This document shows, piece by piece, positions 31,021-41,184 of a stretch of 64,000 nucleotides of DNA. This DNA is from an uncultured Actinomycetota bacterium. GTDB taxonomy: Bacteria; Actinomycetota; Actinomycetes; Mycobacteriales; Geodermatophilaceae. The DNA lies in assembly GCA_963748305.1 (NCBI GenBank), contig CAVVIN010000008.1:181798-245797 (forward strand). Reading direction: 5' to 3'. The translations under genes and the position numbers were made by a program. Each line of letters opens with the position of its first letter. Within the stretch, counting starts at the first letter, position 1. The notes under the pieces were generated by a model. The model saw only the letters and a program-made list of their open reading frames with translations. It searched no databases and was not told the DNA's origin.

Positions 31021-31479
31021 GTGGACACCGTTCTCGCGTCCGCCGGCGACCTCCGCGACCTCCCGGTGCAGGAGGTGACACTCCTGTCCGGCCCGGCCAG
31101 TGCCGGCACGAGCGACGCCCAGCTCACGGGCGGGCTCGCGGTCTCGGCCGTCCCCAGTTCGTCACCGAGTCAGGAGCGGCTGGTCCGGATCGCCGCGATG
31201 ATCCGGGAGGCCGAGCTGGCGATGCCTGGGCCCGACCGCCGGGAACGCCGACGGCAGCGCTCCGGCCCGATCCCGCTGACGCCGCGCCGGCTGCACCGCG
31301 TTGGTTCACGCCCGCGGCCCGGCTGGCGTGAGGCCGACCGAGCTGGCCAGCTAGCGGCGAGAAGTGCATCGGAGAGGCCCAGAACCGCGACGGTTCTGGG
31401 CCTCTCCCGTGCACAGGCACAGCCGGCTGTGGACAACCGAGACGAGCTGTCGGATCCCGGTGTCACGGTGCCGGCATGA
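31021..31479 (+). CDS. hypothetical ORF (152 aa). GTG start 1 nt after the dnaB stop. Questionable because a long hairpin lies inside it.
   Basis: The ORF has no recognisable domains. It overlaps the next ORF by ATGA. Confidence 0.2.
   Translation: MDTVLASAGDLRDLPVQEVTLLSGPASAGTSDAQLTGGLAVSAVPSSSPSQERLVRIAAMIREAELAMPGPDRRERRRQRSGPIPLTPRRLHRVGSRPRPGWREADRAGQLAARSASERPRTATVLGLSRAQAQPAVDNRDELSDPGVTVPA
31364..31414. repeat. hairpin repeat copy 1 (core stem AGAGGCCCAGAACC / GGTTCTGGGCCTCT with an extended GTGCA/TGCAC outer stem)
   Basis: gtgcatcgGAGAGGCCCAGAACCgcgacGGTTCTGGGCCTCTCccgtgcac. Confidence 0.6.
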
Positions 31480-31919
31480 AGCTGCTGACAGCCACACGAA
31501 CAGGGCAAGGCGAACGGGACGGCGACTTCTGTCATGCCGTCGAAGGTGAGCTCGTGATCCTGGGCTTCGTCTGTGCGACCGATGAAGCCGAACCCGACGG
31601 CGGCTGCGGCTGCGGTCGCGCCTTCGCCGGCATGAGCTCTCTCCGCGCCACCACGACGGCGCTCGTCCGCGAGCTGGATCTCACGCTCGACGATCTCCGC
31701 ATGGCCGTCGAGGCCCATCACATCGCCGCCGGACTGGGCCCCGATCTGCTGGGGCGTGAGGACTTCGCGGACCTGGTCGACGAGACGATCGAGGAAGCGG
31801 TGCACCTCGCCCGGTTCTGGCCGGTCGGAACGGTCGTCGGACGCCGCCTGGACCACGTGCACCGGCGCTCGCTGCCGGAGGGGTATGTCCCGGCACCGTT
31901 CACCATCCGTGACCTCTAG
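31476..31919 (+). CDS. hypothetical Cys-containing protein (147 aa), acidic. It has slightly lower GC3 than the core genes.
   Basis: MKLLTATRTGQGERDGDFCHAVEGELVILGFVCATDEAEPDGGCGCGRAFAGM... Coding-like codon usage (G/C-ending with several A-ending codons). Terminator-like hairpin 18 nt downstream. Confidence 0.45.
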   Translation: MKLLTATRTGQGERDGDFCHAVEGELVILGFVCATDEAEPDGGCGCGRAFAGMSSLRATTTALVRELDLTLDDLRMAVEAHHIAAGLGPDLLGREDFADLVDETIEEAVHLARFWPVGTVVGRRLDHVHRRSLPEGYVPAPFTIRDL

Positions 31920-31936
31920 GTCCCAGCATCGACCGA

Positions 31937-31979
31937 ACCGCAGAGGCCCAGAACCAGGACGGTTCTGGGCCTCTGCGGT
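31937..31979. repeat. hairpin repeat copy 2: perfect 19-bp stem, 5-nt loop. It works as a bidirectional terminator between ORF2 and desA3.
   Basis: ACCGCAGAGGCCCAGAACC aggac GGTTCTGGGCCTCTGCGGT. Confidence 0.6.
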
Positions 31980-32001
31980 TCATTGGCCCCGCCTGGAGAG
32001 C

Positions 32002-33201
32002 TCAGGCGGCGCGGGCCTGGAGCGCCCGGCGCACCTTCTTGCCGCCGGTCGTCATCTTGTAGAGCTTCGCGAGCTGCGACGGCGCGTTCGTCGACGCGTG
32101 GTCTGCTCGAGCCAGCCGTTGGGCAGCGAGAGCCGGAAGACCTTGTGCCAGGCGGAGGAGACCTGCTTGTACATCGGCGCCGAGTGGTAGTTCAGGCCGT
32201 ACTGGTCGAACAGGGCCTTCACCTCGCGGCGCGATCTCGGCGTACCGGTTGCTCGGCAGGTCGGGGAACAGGTGGTGCTCGATCTGGTGCGACAGGTTGC
32301 CGGTCATGAGGTGCATGGCCTTGGACGCCGGAGATGTTGGCCGAGCCGAGCATCTGGCGCAGGTACCACTCGCCGCGGGTCTCGCCCTCGATCGAGCGCT
32401 TCTCGAACGTCTGCACGCCCTCGGGGAAGTGCCCGCACATGATCACCGAGTGCGACCACAGGTTGCGCACCACGTTGGCGGTGAAGTTCGCGGCCAGCGT
32501 CGGCAGGAACGACGGCCCGGACAGCAGCGGGTGGAGCACGTAGTCCTTGGGCGCCTGCCTGCGGATCTTGCCCAGCACGGCCTTCGCGCCGGCCGGAACT
32601 CCGGGTCCTGGCGGCGCTTCGCCGTCGCCAGGTTCTTGCCGAGCTCCAGGTCGTAGGCGGCGATGCCGTACTCGAAGAAGCAGGCGTTGATGAAGTTCCA
32701 CACCGGCTGCGCCAGGTACAGCGGGTGCCACTTCTGGTCCTCGTCGACGCGCATGATGCCGTAGCCGAGGTCGTTGTCCTTGCCGATCACGTTCGTGTAC
32801 GTGTGGTGCAGCTCGTTGTGCGAGTGCTTCCACTGCTCGGCCGGGCTGGCCATGTCCCACTCCCACGTCGTGGAGTGGATCTTCGGGTCGCGCATCCAGT
32901 CCCACTGGCCGTGCAGGATGTTGTGCCCGATCTCCATGTTCTCGAGGATCTTGGCGACCGACAGGCCGACCGTGCCGAGGACCCAGGCCGGCGGGAAGAC
33001 CGAGACCAGCAGCACGGCGCGGCTGCCCAGCTCCAGCTTGCGCTGCACGTCGATGACGGTGCGGATGTAGCGCGCGTCGTCCTCGCCCCGGCTGTCGAGG
33101 ATCTCCTGGCGGATGGCGTCGAGCTGCTTGCCCAGCAGCTCGATGTCCTCGGCGGTGAGGTGCGCGATCGGGTTGTCGGACTTCTTCTGGATGGCGGTCA
33201 T
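32002..33201 (-). CDS. desA3: membrane fatty-acid (acyl-CoA) desaturase, DesA3-like. At least two frameshifts (about 32320-32440 and about 32580).
   Basis: His boxes HNILHGQWDW, HSHNELHHTYTN and QIEHHLFPDLP. The N-terminal ORF is 32443-33201 and the C-terminal ORF is 32002-32316. Confidence 0.7.
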
Positions 33202-33213
33202 GTCCGCTCCTCG

Positions 33214-34341
33214 TCAGTCGGTCGTGCTGGTCAGTGGTCGATGGCGCAGGCGCCGGCGGCGGCGCTCGACGCAGGTCTGGATCGAGGACGCCGTCGCCCG
33301 GGGCGGCGGTGGTGACCTCGCCGGTGCGCAGGTCGCGCACGGCGCCCTCGCGCAGCGGGCAGGACGCAGCCGAAGCAGATGCCCATGCGGCACCCGCTCG
33401 GCATGAGGACGCCGGCCTCCTCGGCGGCGTCGAGGATCGGGGTGGCGCCGTCGGCCTCGACCGTCGTCCCGGTCTTGGCGAAGGTGACGGTGCCGCCCTC
33501 GCCGGTCGACGAGGACGGTCGGGCGGAAGCGCTCGGTGTACAGCCGGTCGGCGAGGCCGGCGCCGGCCCAGTGCTCCTCCAGCGCCTCGAGCATGCCCGA
33601 CCGGGCCGCAGGCCCAGGTGGACGCGCTCGGCCAGGTCGGGGACCAGCGCGTCGATCGCGGCGGCGTCGAGCATGCCGTCGGTGTCGGTGTGCTGCTCGA
33701 CCAGCCGGATCCGGCCGGCGGCGGCCAGCCGCGCAGCTCGTCGCCGAAGATGACGTCGTCCGCGGTGGGCGCGGAGTGCACCAGGACGACGTCGGTCAGC
33801 CGTCGTGCGCGCGGTTGCGCAGCATGCCCATCACCGGCGTGATGCCGGAGCCCGCGGTGACGAACAGCGCCTTGGCCGGCGCTCGGCCGGGCAGCACGAA
33901 CTCGCCGGTGGCCTGGTCGAGCTGGACGAGCGTGCCCGGAGCGGTCCGGCGCACCAGGTGGTTGCTGACCTTGCCGTCCGGGATGGCCTTCACGGTGACG
34001 CTGAAGCAGCCGTCGGTGCGGGTCAGGTCGGAGGTGATCGAGTAGGCGCGCCACTGGCGGACGCCGTCGACGTCGATGCCGATGCGCACGTACTGGCCGG
34101 GCGTGTGCGGCCGCCAGCCGCGGCCGGGGCGGATCACGAGGGTGGCGGCGTCACGCGTCTCGGGGTGGACCGCCTCGATGCGGCCGCGCAGGGCCGCGCC
34201 GGAGCGCAGCGGGTCGACCAGGTCGAGGTAGTCCGTGGGCAGCAGCGGCGTCGTGACGCCAGCTCGGCGAGCTTGAGGACGCGGTCGCGCAGCGCCGTCG
34301 CCGGGGCCGGGCCGGGGAAGGGCGCGGACAGTCTCGGTCAT
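33214..34341 (-). CDS. FAD/NAD(P)-binding oxidoreductase with a C-terminal 2Fe-2S ferredoxin domain (the Rv3230c-like electron donor for DesA3). Frameshifted.
   Basis: N-terminal ORF 33796-34422 (...RWRAYSITSD...LFVTAGSGITPVMGMLRN). C-terminal ORF 33231-33674 (...FAKTGTTVEADGATPILDAAEEAGVLMPSGCRMGICFGC...). Confidence 0.6.
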
Positions 34342-34426
34342 GTTATGAGGTTTCCGCTCGGGGCATAAGTACCTGTGCTCTCGGACGTGAATCGGCGGGT
34401 AGCTTCTGTTCGCAGCGAACAAAAGA

Positions 34427-35640
34427 GTGCGGGATGCACTCCGAGGCGATCGAGTGACGTGTGGCCATCGAAACGAGCGCGTTCCCGGCCGGCGTCGCGG
34501 CCGCGATACGCGCGAGCTGCCGGCCGTCGCCGAGGCGACGATCGCGACGATCGTCGTGGAGGTGCCCAGCTACGCCGACGCGTTCAGCGGCGACATGGGG
34601 CGGGCCATCGACCGCGCCGTCCAGCTGGCGCTCGGCGGCTTCCTCAGCCTGGCCACGCGGCGGCGCCGACCCGAGCCGGCCGATCGGGCCCGCGCTGGAC
34701 GGCGCCTACGCGCTGGGCCGCGGCGAGGCGCGCAGCGGCCGCTCGATGGACGCCCTGCTCGCCGCCTACCGGGTGGGGGCCCGGGTCTCCTGGCGGCACA
34801 TGAGCGGGGCGCCGTCGCGCGCCGGGTCACCGGCGGGCACTGGCCCGCTTCGCCGAGCTGGTGTTCGCCTACATCGACCAGCTGTCGGCCTCGAGCGTCG
34901 CCGGGCACGCCGACGAACTGGCCTCCACCGGCCGGGCCCGCCAGCGGCACCTGGAGCGGCTGGCCGGCCGTGCTGCTCGCCGGGCGCGCCGACGACCGAC
35001 CTCGTCGCGGCCGCCGAGCGGGCGGATGGGCTGCCGCCGCGCACCCTGACCGCCGTCGTGCTGCCGGAGGCGAAGGTGCACGGGCGCGCTGGTCTCGCTG
35101 GACGTGCGCACGCTCGTCGGCACCGAGGACGTGCCCGGGCGACGACGACCGCGGTCGTCCTGCTGGTCCCGGATGCCGAGGGCCGGGCCCGGCCGGCGCT
35201 GCTGACGCTCGCTGGACGGGCGGCACGCCGTCGTCGGACCGCCGCGGCCGTGGGCGGCGGTCGCAGGCCTCCTACGCCCGGGTCCAGCGCGCCGTGCAGC
35301 TCGGGCTCCGCGCCGACGGGTCGGCCCCGCTGGACACCGAGGAGCGGCTGGCCGAGCTCGTCGCTCCGGGCGGACGACGGCGCGCTGGCCGACCTGCGGG
35401 CGCAGGTGCTGGCGCCGCTGGCCGGGCTGAGCGCGCGGCACGCGGGAGAAGCTCACCGAGACGCTGCGCTCCTGGCTGCTGCACCACGGCCGGCGCGAGC
35501 AGGTCGCCGAGGAGCTGTTCGTGCACCCGCAGACGGTGCGCTACCGCATGGGGCAGCTGCGCGAGCTGTTCGGCACGCGGCTGGAGGACCCGCGCACGGT
35601 GCTGGAGCTGACCATCGCGCTGGGCCTCGGCCGCGGCTGA
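34427..35640 (+). CDS. PucR/CdaR-family transcriptional regulator (C-terminal PucR-type HTH), with three or more frameshifts
   Basis: The reading alternates between ORFs 34427-35611 and 34461-35702. The final frame gives ...EELFVHPQTVRYRMGQLRELFGTRLEDPRTVLELTIALGLGRG*. Confidence 0.45.
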
Positions 35641-35702
35641 GAGCAGAGCGCTGGGCCTCGGCCGCGGCTGAGAGCAGAGCGCTGGGCCTCGGCCGCGGCT
35701 GA
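35617..35702 (+). repeat. tandem triplication (about 2.8 copies) of the 31-bp unit gagcagagcgctgggcctcggccgcggctga. It duplicates the last 24 nt plus the stop of the regulator gene.
   Basis: Copies at 35617-35640 (partial), 35641-35671 and 35672-35702. Each ends in TGA. Confidence 0.7.
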
Positions 35703-35724
35703 CGGCAGAACTGTCCGACCCCTG

Positions 35725-36627
35725 GTGCAGGGTGACCTCATGACCGTCGACCTGGCCGCCGCTGCCGACTTCCTGGCCGGGTCCGCCCGCCTGCTCGACC
35801 GGCGCCGCTTCGACGTGCTCTTCGCCGGGGGCGACGCCGGCCCGCTGCTCGCGGCCGTCGAGGCCTATCGCAACCCCGACGGCGGCTACGGCTGGGGCCT
35901 GGAACCCGACCTGCGCTCACGCACCAGCCAGCCCGGCGGCGCTCTGCACGCCTTCGAGGTCTTCGCCGACATCGCGCCGGCGACGACGCCGCGGGCCGTC
36001 GAGCTGTGCGAGTGGCTGGCGGCCGTCACGCTGCCCGACGGCGGGCTGCCGTTCGCGCTCCCCGTGCCCGATCCGGCCGCGTGCGCGCCGTTCTGGGCGA
36101 CGGCGGACAGCACCGGCTCCTCGCTGCAGATCACTGCGATCGTCGCGGTCGCCGCCCACCGGGTCGCGGCGACCGATGCGGCGGTCGCCGCGCACCCGTG
36201 GCTCGCGCGGGCCACGGAGTTCTGCCTGACCGCCACGCGGGCGCTCGGCGCCGAGCCGCACGCCATGGAGCTCGCCTTCGCGGTGCAGCTGCTCGACGCC
36301 GCGGCCGCACGCACCCCGGGCGCCGCCGAGCTGCTCGACGAGCTGCGGCGTCTCGTGCCTGCCGACGGGTTGATGCACGTGGCGGGCGGCGCCGACGACG
36401 AGTTCATGCGCCCGCTGGACTTCGCGCCGTCGCCGGGTGGTCCGGCGCGGACCCTGTTCGGACCCGGCGTCATCGACGCGGAGCTGGCGCGGCTGGCCGC
36501 GGCCCAGCAGCCCGACGGCGGCTGGTCGGTCGACTTCGCGAGCTACTCGCCGGCGGCGACGCTCGAGTGGCGCGGCCACCGGACCGTGCAGGCCCTGTTG
36601 CTCCTGCGGGCCGGCGGCGCGCTCTGA
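35725..36627 (+). CDS. hypothetical protein with prenyltransferase/terpene-cyclase-like alpha-alpha toroid repeat signatures
   Basis: Intact 300 aa. NPDGGYGWGLEP and QQPDGGWSVDF resemble the QxxDGGW repeats of that fold. Confidence 0.35.
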   Translation: MQGDLMTVDLAAAADFLAGSARLLDRRRFDVLFAGGDAGPLLAAVEAYRNPDGGYGWGLEPDLRSRTSQPGGALHAFEVFADIAPATTPRAVELCEWLAAVTLPDGGLPFALPVPDPAACAPFWATADSTGSSLQITAIVAVAAHRVAATDAAVAAHPWLARATEFCLTATRALGAEPHAMELAFAVQLLDAAAARTPGAAELLDELRRLVPADGLMHVAGGADDEFMRPLDFAPSPGGPARTLFGPGVIDAELARLAAAQQPDGGWSVDFASYSPAATLEWRGHRTVQALLLLRAGGAL

Positions 36628-36924
36628 CCTCACACCGAACCAGCACCGGCCCTACAGCTCCCGCACAGCCGACCGTCCGATCGTGGACGTCACGCCCGCC
36701 GCACGCCGAACCAGGAGGACGACATGCAGCACGCCAGCGCAGACCAGCACGGCTCCCGCGAGCGGATCGGCCCGCGCCCGTTCATCCGGACGCCGGTGCC
36801 CGATCTCGACGGCCTGCCGCGCGCCCCCCGTCGGCTCCCCGCCCGCCTGCGGCGGCGTGCCGTGCTGACCCCTCCGCCGGGGTGAGGGTTCCCGGCACCC
36901 GCCCCTGACCCCGGCGGGTCACCG

Positions 36925-37530
36925 TCAGGCCCGGCGGAGCACGGCGACCAGGAAGTGCGCCTCGGGTGTGAACGGTTGCAGGTCCCAGGTGGCCAGCAGC
37001 AGGTCGACCGCCCAGCCCGCGCCCGCCGCGTCGGCGAGGAACTCGTCGAAGAGATATCCCCGGTCGGCGCCGAAGCCGATGGCTGCCCGGCCGCCGTCGA
37101 CGACGTGGGCCCGCAGCCGGCGCAGCACCTCCTGGCGCGTCGACGGGGCGAGGAACGTCATCACGTTGCCGGCGCACACGATCGCGTCGAACGGCTCCGG
37201 GACGCCGGCGGCCGGCAGATCCAGCGTCGGCCAGGTCTCCGACCAGCCAGCGGGCGGCCGGGTGCTCGCGCTCCGCCTCGGCGATCAGCACCGGGTCGAC
37301 GTCCACCCCGACGACGTCGTGGCCCACCGAGGCGAGGTACGCCGCCGATGCGGCCCGGGCCGCAGCCCGCGTCGAGCACGCGGGCCCGGCGGCCCAGCAT
37401 CGCGTCGACCAGGCGGGCCTCACCCACCAGGTCCATCCCCTGGGCGGCGAGGTCGCGGAACCGCTGGATGTAGGCGGCGGAGTGCTCCGGGTTCTCCTGC
37501 GTCATCCGCACCCAGGCGCTCTGCTCCGTC
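36925..37530 (-). CDS. class I SAM-dependent methyltransferase (two or more frameshifts)
   Basis: N-terminus MTEQSAWVRMTQENPEHSAAYIQRFRDLAAQGMDLVGEARLVDAMLGRRARVLDAGCGPGRIGG (tail of ORF 37161-38294). Then pieces in 36782-37423 (VGVDVDPVLIAEAEREHPAARWLVGDLAD) and 36925-37179. Confidence 0.55.
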
Positions 37531-37552
37531 ATGCGGTCACCCTCGCATGCGG

Positions 37553-38903
37553 TCAGGGCGCCTCGGGCCGCCAGTCCGGTGGATCGGCGGCGTGCAGGGC
37601 GGGGTCGTCCGCGGCGAAGGTGCGCACCGGCCCCGGCGGCGGTGAGCGGCCCCTCGAACCGGACGGTGACCCGGCCGAGGCCGCGGCCCCACACCCAGCC
37701 GGGCCCAGCTCGTCGTGCCGCACGTCCTGCCCCGGCCACCAGCGCCGCTCGACGCGACGGCGGCTCCGGGGCCGCCGGGCGCGTGGACCGCACGGACCGG
37801 GGTGGCGTCGTCCTCCGGCTCGTCCGTCCTCGGCGAACAGGTCGCCCTGCGCGTACAGCGACAGACCGGAGACCCCGACGCCGAGCAGCCGCAGGCCGCC
37901 GGCGGTGCCCGCCTCGTCGAGCAGCCGCTGCGCGATGCCGGCGATCTGGCGGGGGTCGTCGGTGGGCTGGGGCAGGGTCTGCGAGCGGGTGAGCGTCGTG
38001 AAGTCGTAGCGGCGCAGCTTGAGCGTCACGGTGCGGCCGGAGTACGCCGAGGCCCGCAGCCGGCCGCCGACGCGGGCCGCCATCGCGTCGATCTCCCGGC
38101 CGAGCACGGCCAGGTCGGTGAGGTCGCGCTCGAACGTCTCCTCGTGCGACACCGACTTGGTCTCCCGGTCGGGGACGACGGCGCGGTCGTCCTCCGCCCG
38201 GGCCAGCTGGTACAGCCCCGCGCCGTGCGCCCGGCCGGCCAGCGCGACCAGGTCCGTGCAGCGAGCGCGCGGCGAGGTCGCCGACCGTCTTCACGCCGAT
38301 CGGGTGCAGCCGCTCGGCGGTGGCCGGGACCCACGCCGCCGAGCTGCGTGACCGGCAGCGGGTGCAGCACGTCGAGCTCGGTCCCCGGCGGCGACGACGA
38401 CCAGCCCGTCGGGCTTGTCCATGTCCGAGCCGAGCTTGGCCATCAGCTTCGAGCTGCCGATGCCCACCGAGCCGGTCACCCCGCCGGTCGCCTCGCGATC
38501 CGCTCCTTGAGGGCCCGGGCGAGCGCCGTCACGCCCTCGACCGACAGGTCGGCCCCTCGTCCGGCGGCCAGGTCGACGTACGCCTCGTCGATCGACGCCG
38601 GCTCCACCAGCGGGGAGAGCTCGCGCAGCAGCCCCATGACGACGTCGGACGTGGCCCGGTACGCGGCGAACCGGCCGCCGAGGAACGCCGTCCCCGCGGG
38701 GCACCGGCGCCGGGCCTCGGCGGTCGACATCGCCGACCGCGCGCCGTAGGCCCGCGCCTCGTAGGAGGCGGTCGCGACGACGCCGCGGCCGCCCACCCCG
38801 CCGACGACGACCGGCCGGCCCCGCAGCGAGGGCTTGTCGCGCTGCTCGACGGCGGCGAAGAAGGCGTCGAGGTCCAGGTGCAGGACGCTGGCCTCCCGCC
38901 GCA
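37553..38903 (-). CDS. dinB: DNA polymerase IV (Y-family), with two or more frameshifts
   Basis: N-terminus in ORF 38476-39366 ([36 protein letters not shown]...SIDEAYVDL). C-terminal little-finger region in ORF 37553-38152 (...[20 protein letters not shown]...). Confidence 0.75.
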
Positions 38904-38999
38904 TGCCCCCATGATCGCCCGGGCGCACGGCGGGCGTCGATCCGGCCGTCCGTTCCACCGCGCGAGGGAATTGCTTGCCGCGTCGTGCGGAACTGCGAG

Positions 39000-39590
39000 T
39001 CTCCGGTCCGACGACGGAGGAGGCGCGCGGAGTGGACGCCATGGCGGTGCTTCCTGGTCGTCGGCGCCATCGGCGGGTCGTCCTGCTGCTCTCGCTGGTC
39101 GTCGGCGAGATCGGCGGGCCTGCACCTGGCGGTCGACGCCGACGGGCCCGTTCTCCGTCGCCGGCGGTCGCCGCGCTGCTCGGCGGGGTCGGCTTCGGCG
39201 GTGCCGCCGCGACCGCGTTGCTGCCGGAGGCGCTGTCCGACGGCCTGACCGGGCTGCTGGCCCTCCTCGTCGGCCTGGCCGTCGCGGTCCCCCTGGCCTG
39301 GGGGCGGTCCGGCTCTCCCGGCGCCTGCAGGACATGCCGACGGCCGAGACGCTGACCCGCCACCACCTGGTCGGCGCGCAGGGCGTCGTCGTCTCCGCGG
39401 TCCCAGCCCCGGCTTCGGCGAGGTGCGGCTGAACGTGGCCGGCCAGCACCTGAAGTACTCCGCCCGCAGCGACGTCCCGCTGCCGGCCGGCACGCCCGTC
39501 TACGTCGTCGAGGCGCTCAGCGAGACCGCCGTCGAGGTCGTCTCGACCGCCCCCGATCCCAGGACTCCCCGATGCCGAACCACAGCCCGA
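39000..39590 (+). CDS. NfeD-family membrane protein (short form with an OB-fold C-terminus). Frameshifted. Upstream partner of the flotillin gene.
   Basis: TM segments in ORF 38975-39355 ([13 protein letters not shown]...[12 protein letters not shown]). OB-fold tail in 39423-39611 ([40 protein letters not shown]). Confidence 0.4.
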
Positions 39591-41156
39591 CTCCGGAGGC
39601 ACCACCCGTGACCCTGCTCATCGCCATCGGCGGCATCGTCGTCCTCGCCGTCCTGCTGGTGCTGTTCGTGCTGTCCCGGATCAAGGTGGCCGGGCCCAAC
39701 CAGGCGTTCCTGGTCACCGGCCGCCAGGGCCGGCAGGTCACGACTCCACCGGGGTGATCTCGCGCGACTCCTCCGGCCAGAAGGTCGTCATGGGCGCGAG
39801 CGTCTTCGTGCTGCCCGTCGTCCAGAAGCTGCACACGATGGACCTCTCCAGCCGCCGCATCCCGGTCGGCATCCGCGGCGCGGTGTCCAAGCAGGGCGTC
39901 AAGTGCGACCTCGAGGGCGTGGCGATCGTCAAGGTCGGCGGCACCGAGCACTCCATCCGCGCGGCCGCCCAGCGCTTCCTCAACCAGCAGCAGGGCATCG
40001 ACACCTTCACCTCGGAGGTGCTCGCCGGCGCGCTGCGCTCGATCGTCGGCCGGCTGACGATCGAGGAGATCATCCGCGACCGCGCGGCCTTCGCCTCCGC
40101 CGTCGCCGAGGAGGCCGAGTCCTCGCTGACCGGCCAGGGGCTGGTGCTCGACACCTTCCAGCTGCAGGACATCCAGGCCGAGGGCACCTACCTGGCCGAC
40201 CTCGGCCGGCCGGAGGCGGCGCGGGTGCTCAAGGAGGCCAGCATCGCCGAGGCGCGCGCCCGGCAGGCCGCCCAGCAGGAGCAGCTGCTCGCCGACGAGG
40301 CGATCGCGATCGCGCAGCGGCAGCTCGCCCTCAAGCAGGCCGAGATCGCCGCCGAGACCGACGCGGCCAAGGCGCGTGCGGCCGCGGCCGGCCCGCTGGC
40401 CCAGGCCGCGCAGGACCAGGCGATCCTCGCCGAGCAGGAGAAGGTCGCCGAGCGGACGGCGTCGCTGACCGAGCGCCAGCTGGACACCAAGGTCCGCCGC
40501 CCCGCCGACGCCGAGCGCTACCGCGTGGAGCAGGAGGCCGAGGGCCGGAAGAACTCGGCCATCCTCACCGCCGAGGCGCAGCGGCAGGCGACCATCGCCG
40601 CCGCCCAGGCCGCCGCCGAGCAGGCCAAGCTCTCCGGTGAGGGCGAGCGGGCCCGCCGGTCGGCGCTGGCCGAGGCCGAGGCGATCGAGGGCGCCAAGCG
40701 CGGTGAGGCCGAGAAGCTGCGCCGCGCAGGCCATCGCCGACGCCGTCGAGCGCGAGGGCCAGGCCGAGGCGGCCGCGATCCTGGCCCGGGGCACGGCCGA
40801 GGCGAAGTCGATGGACGCCCGGGCCGAGGCGTTCGCCACCTACGGCGAGGCCGCGATCCTGGACCTGCTGGTCAAGGTGCTGCCCGAGGTGGTCGGCGCG
40901 GCCGCGGCGCCGCTGTCGGCCGTGGACAAGATGACCGTCATCTCCGCCGACGGCGCCGGCTCGCTCGGCCGGTCGGTCGCCTGCCAACGTCGCCCAGGGG
41001 CTGCAGCTGTCGGGCGACCTGACCGGCATCGACGTCGCCGCGCTGCTGCGCCGGCTCGCCGCGACCGCCGGTACCAGCGGTGCCGACGGCGCGACGCACG
41101 TGCCGATCGTGACGGTGGACGGCGAGGCGGGCTCCAGCAACGGCGGCGGCAGCTGA
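39572..41156 (+). CDS. flotillin / SPFH (band-7) family protein, with three or more frameshifts (about 39750, about 40730, about 40980)
   Basis: N-terminus [57 protein letters not shown] core in ORF 39754-41022. The Ala/Glu/Gln-rich coiled-coil region and the C-terminus are in further frames and end ...GEAGSSNGGGS*. Confidence 0.7.
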
Positions 41157-41184
41157 ACGCGGCGGACAGGAGGGAGAGATCTCG

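Noticed and set aside
31021-31919. Calling the post-dnaB ORF pair a DarT/DarG toxin-antitoxin system
   Set aside because: The position matches Mtb darTG. I cannot recognise DarT (DUF4433) or macrodomain motifs in either ORF by eye. It is reported only as a candidate module.
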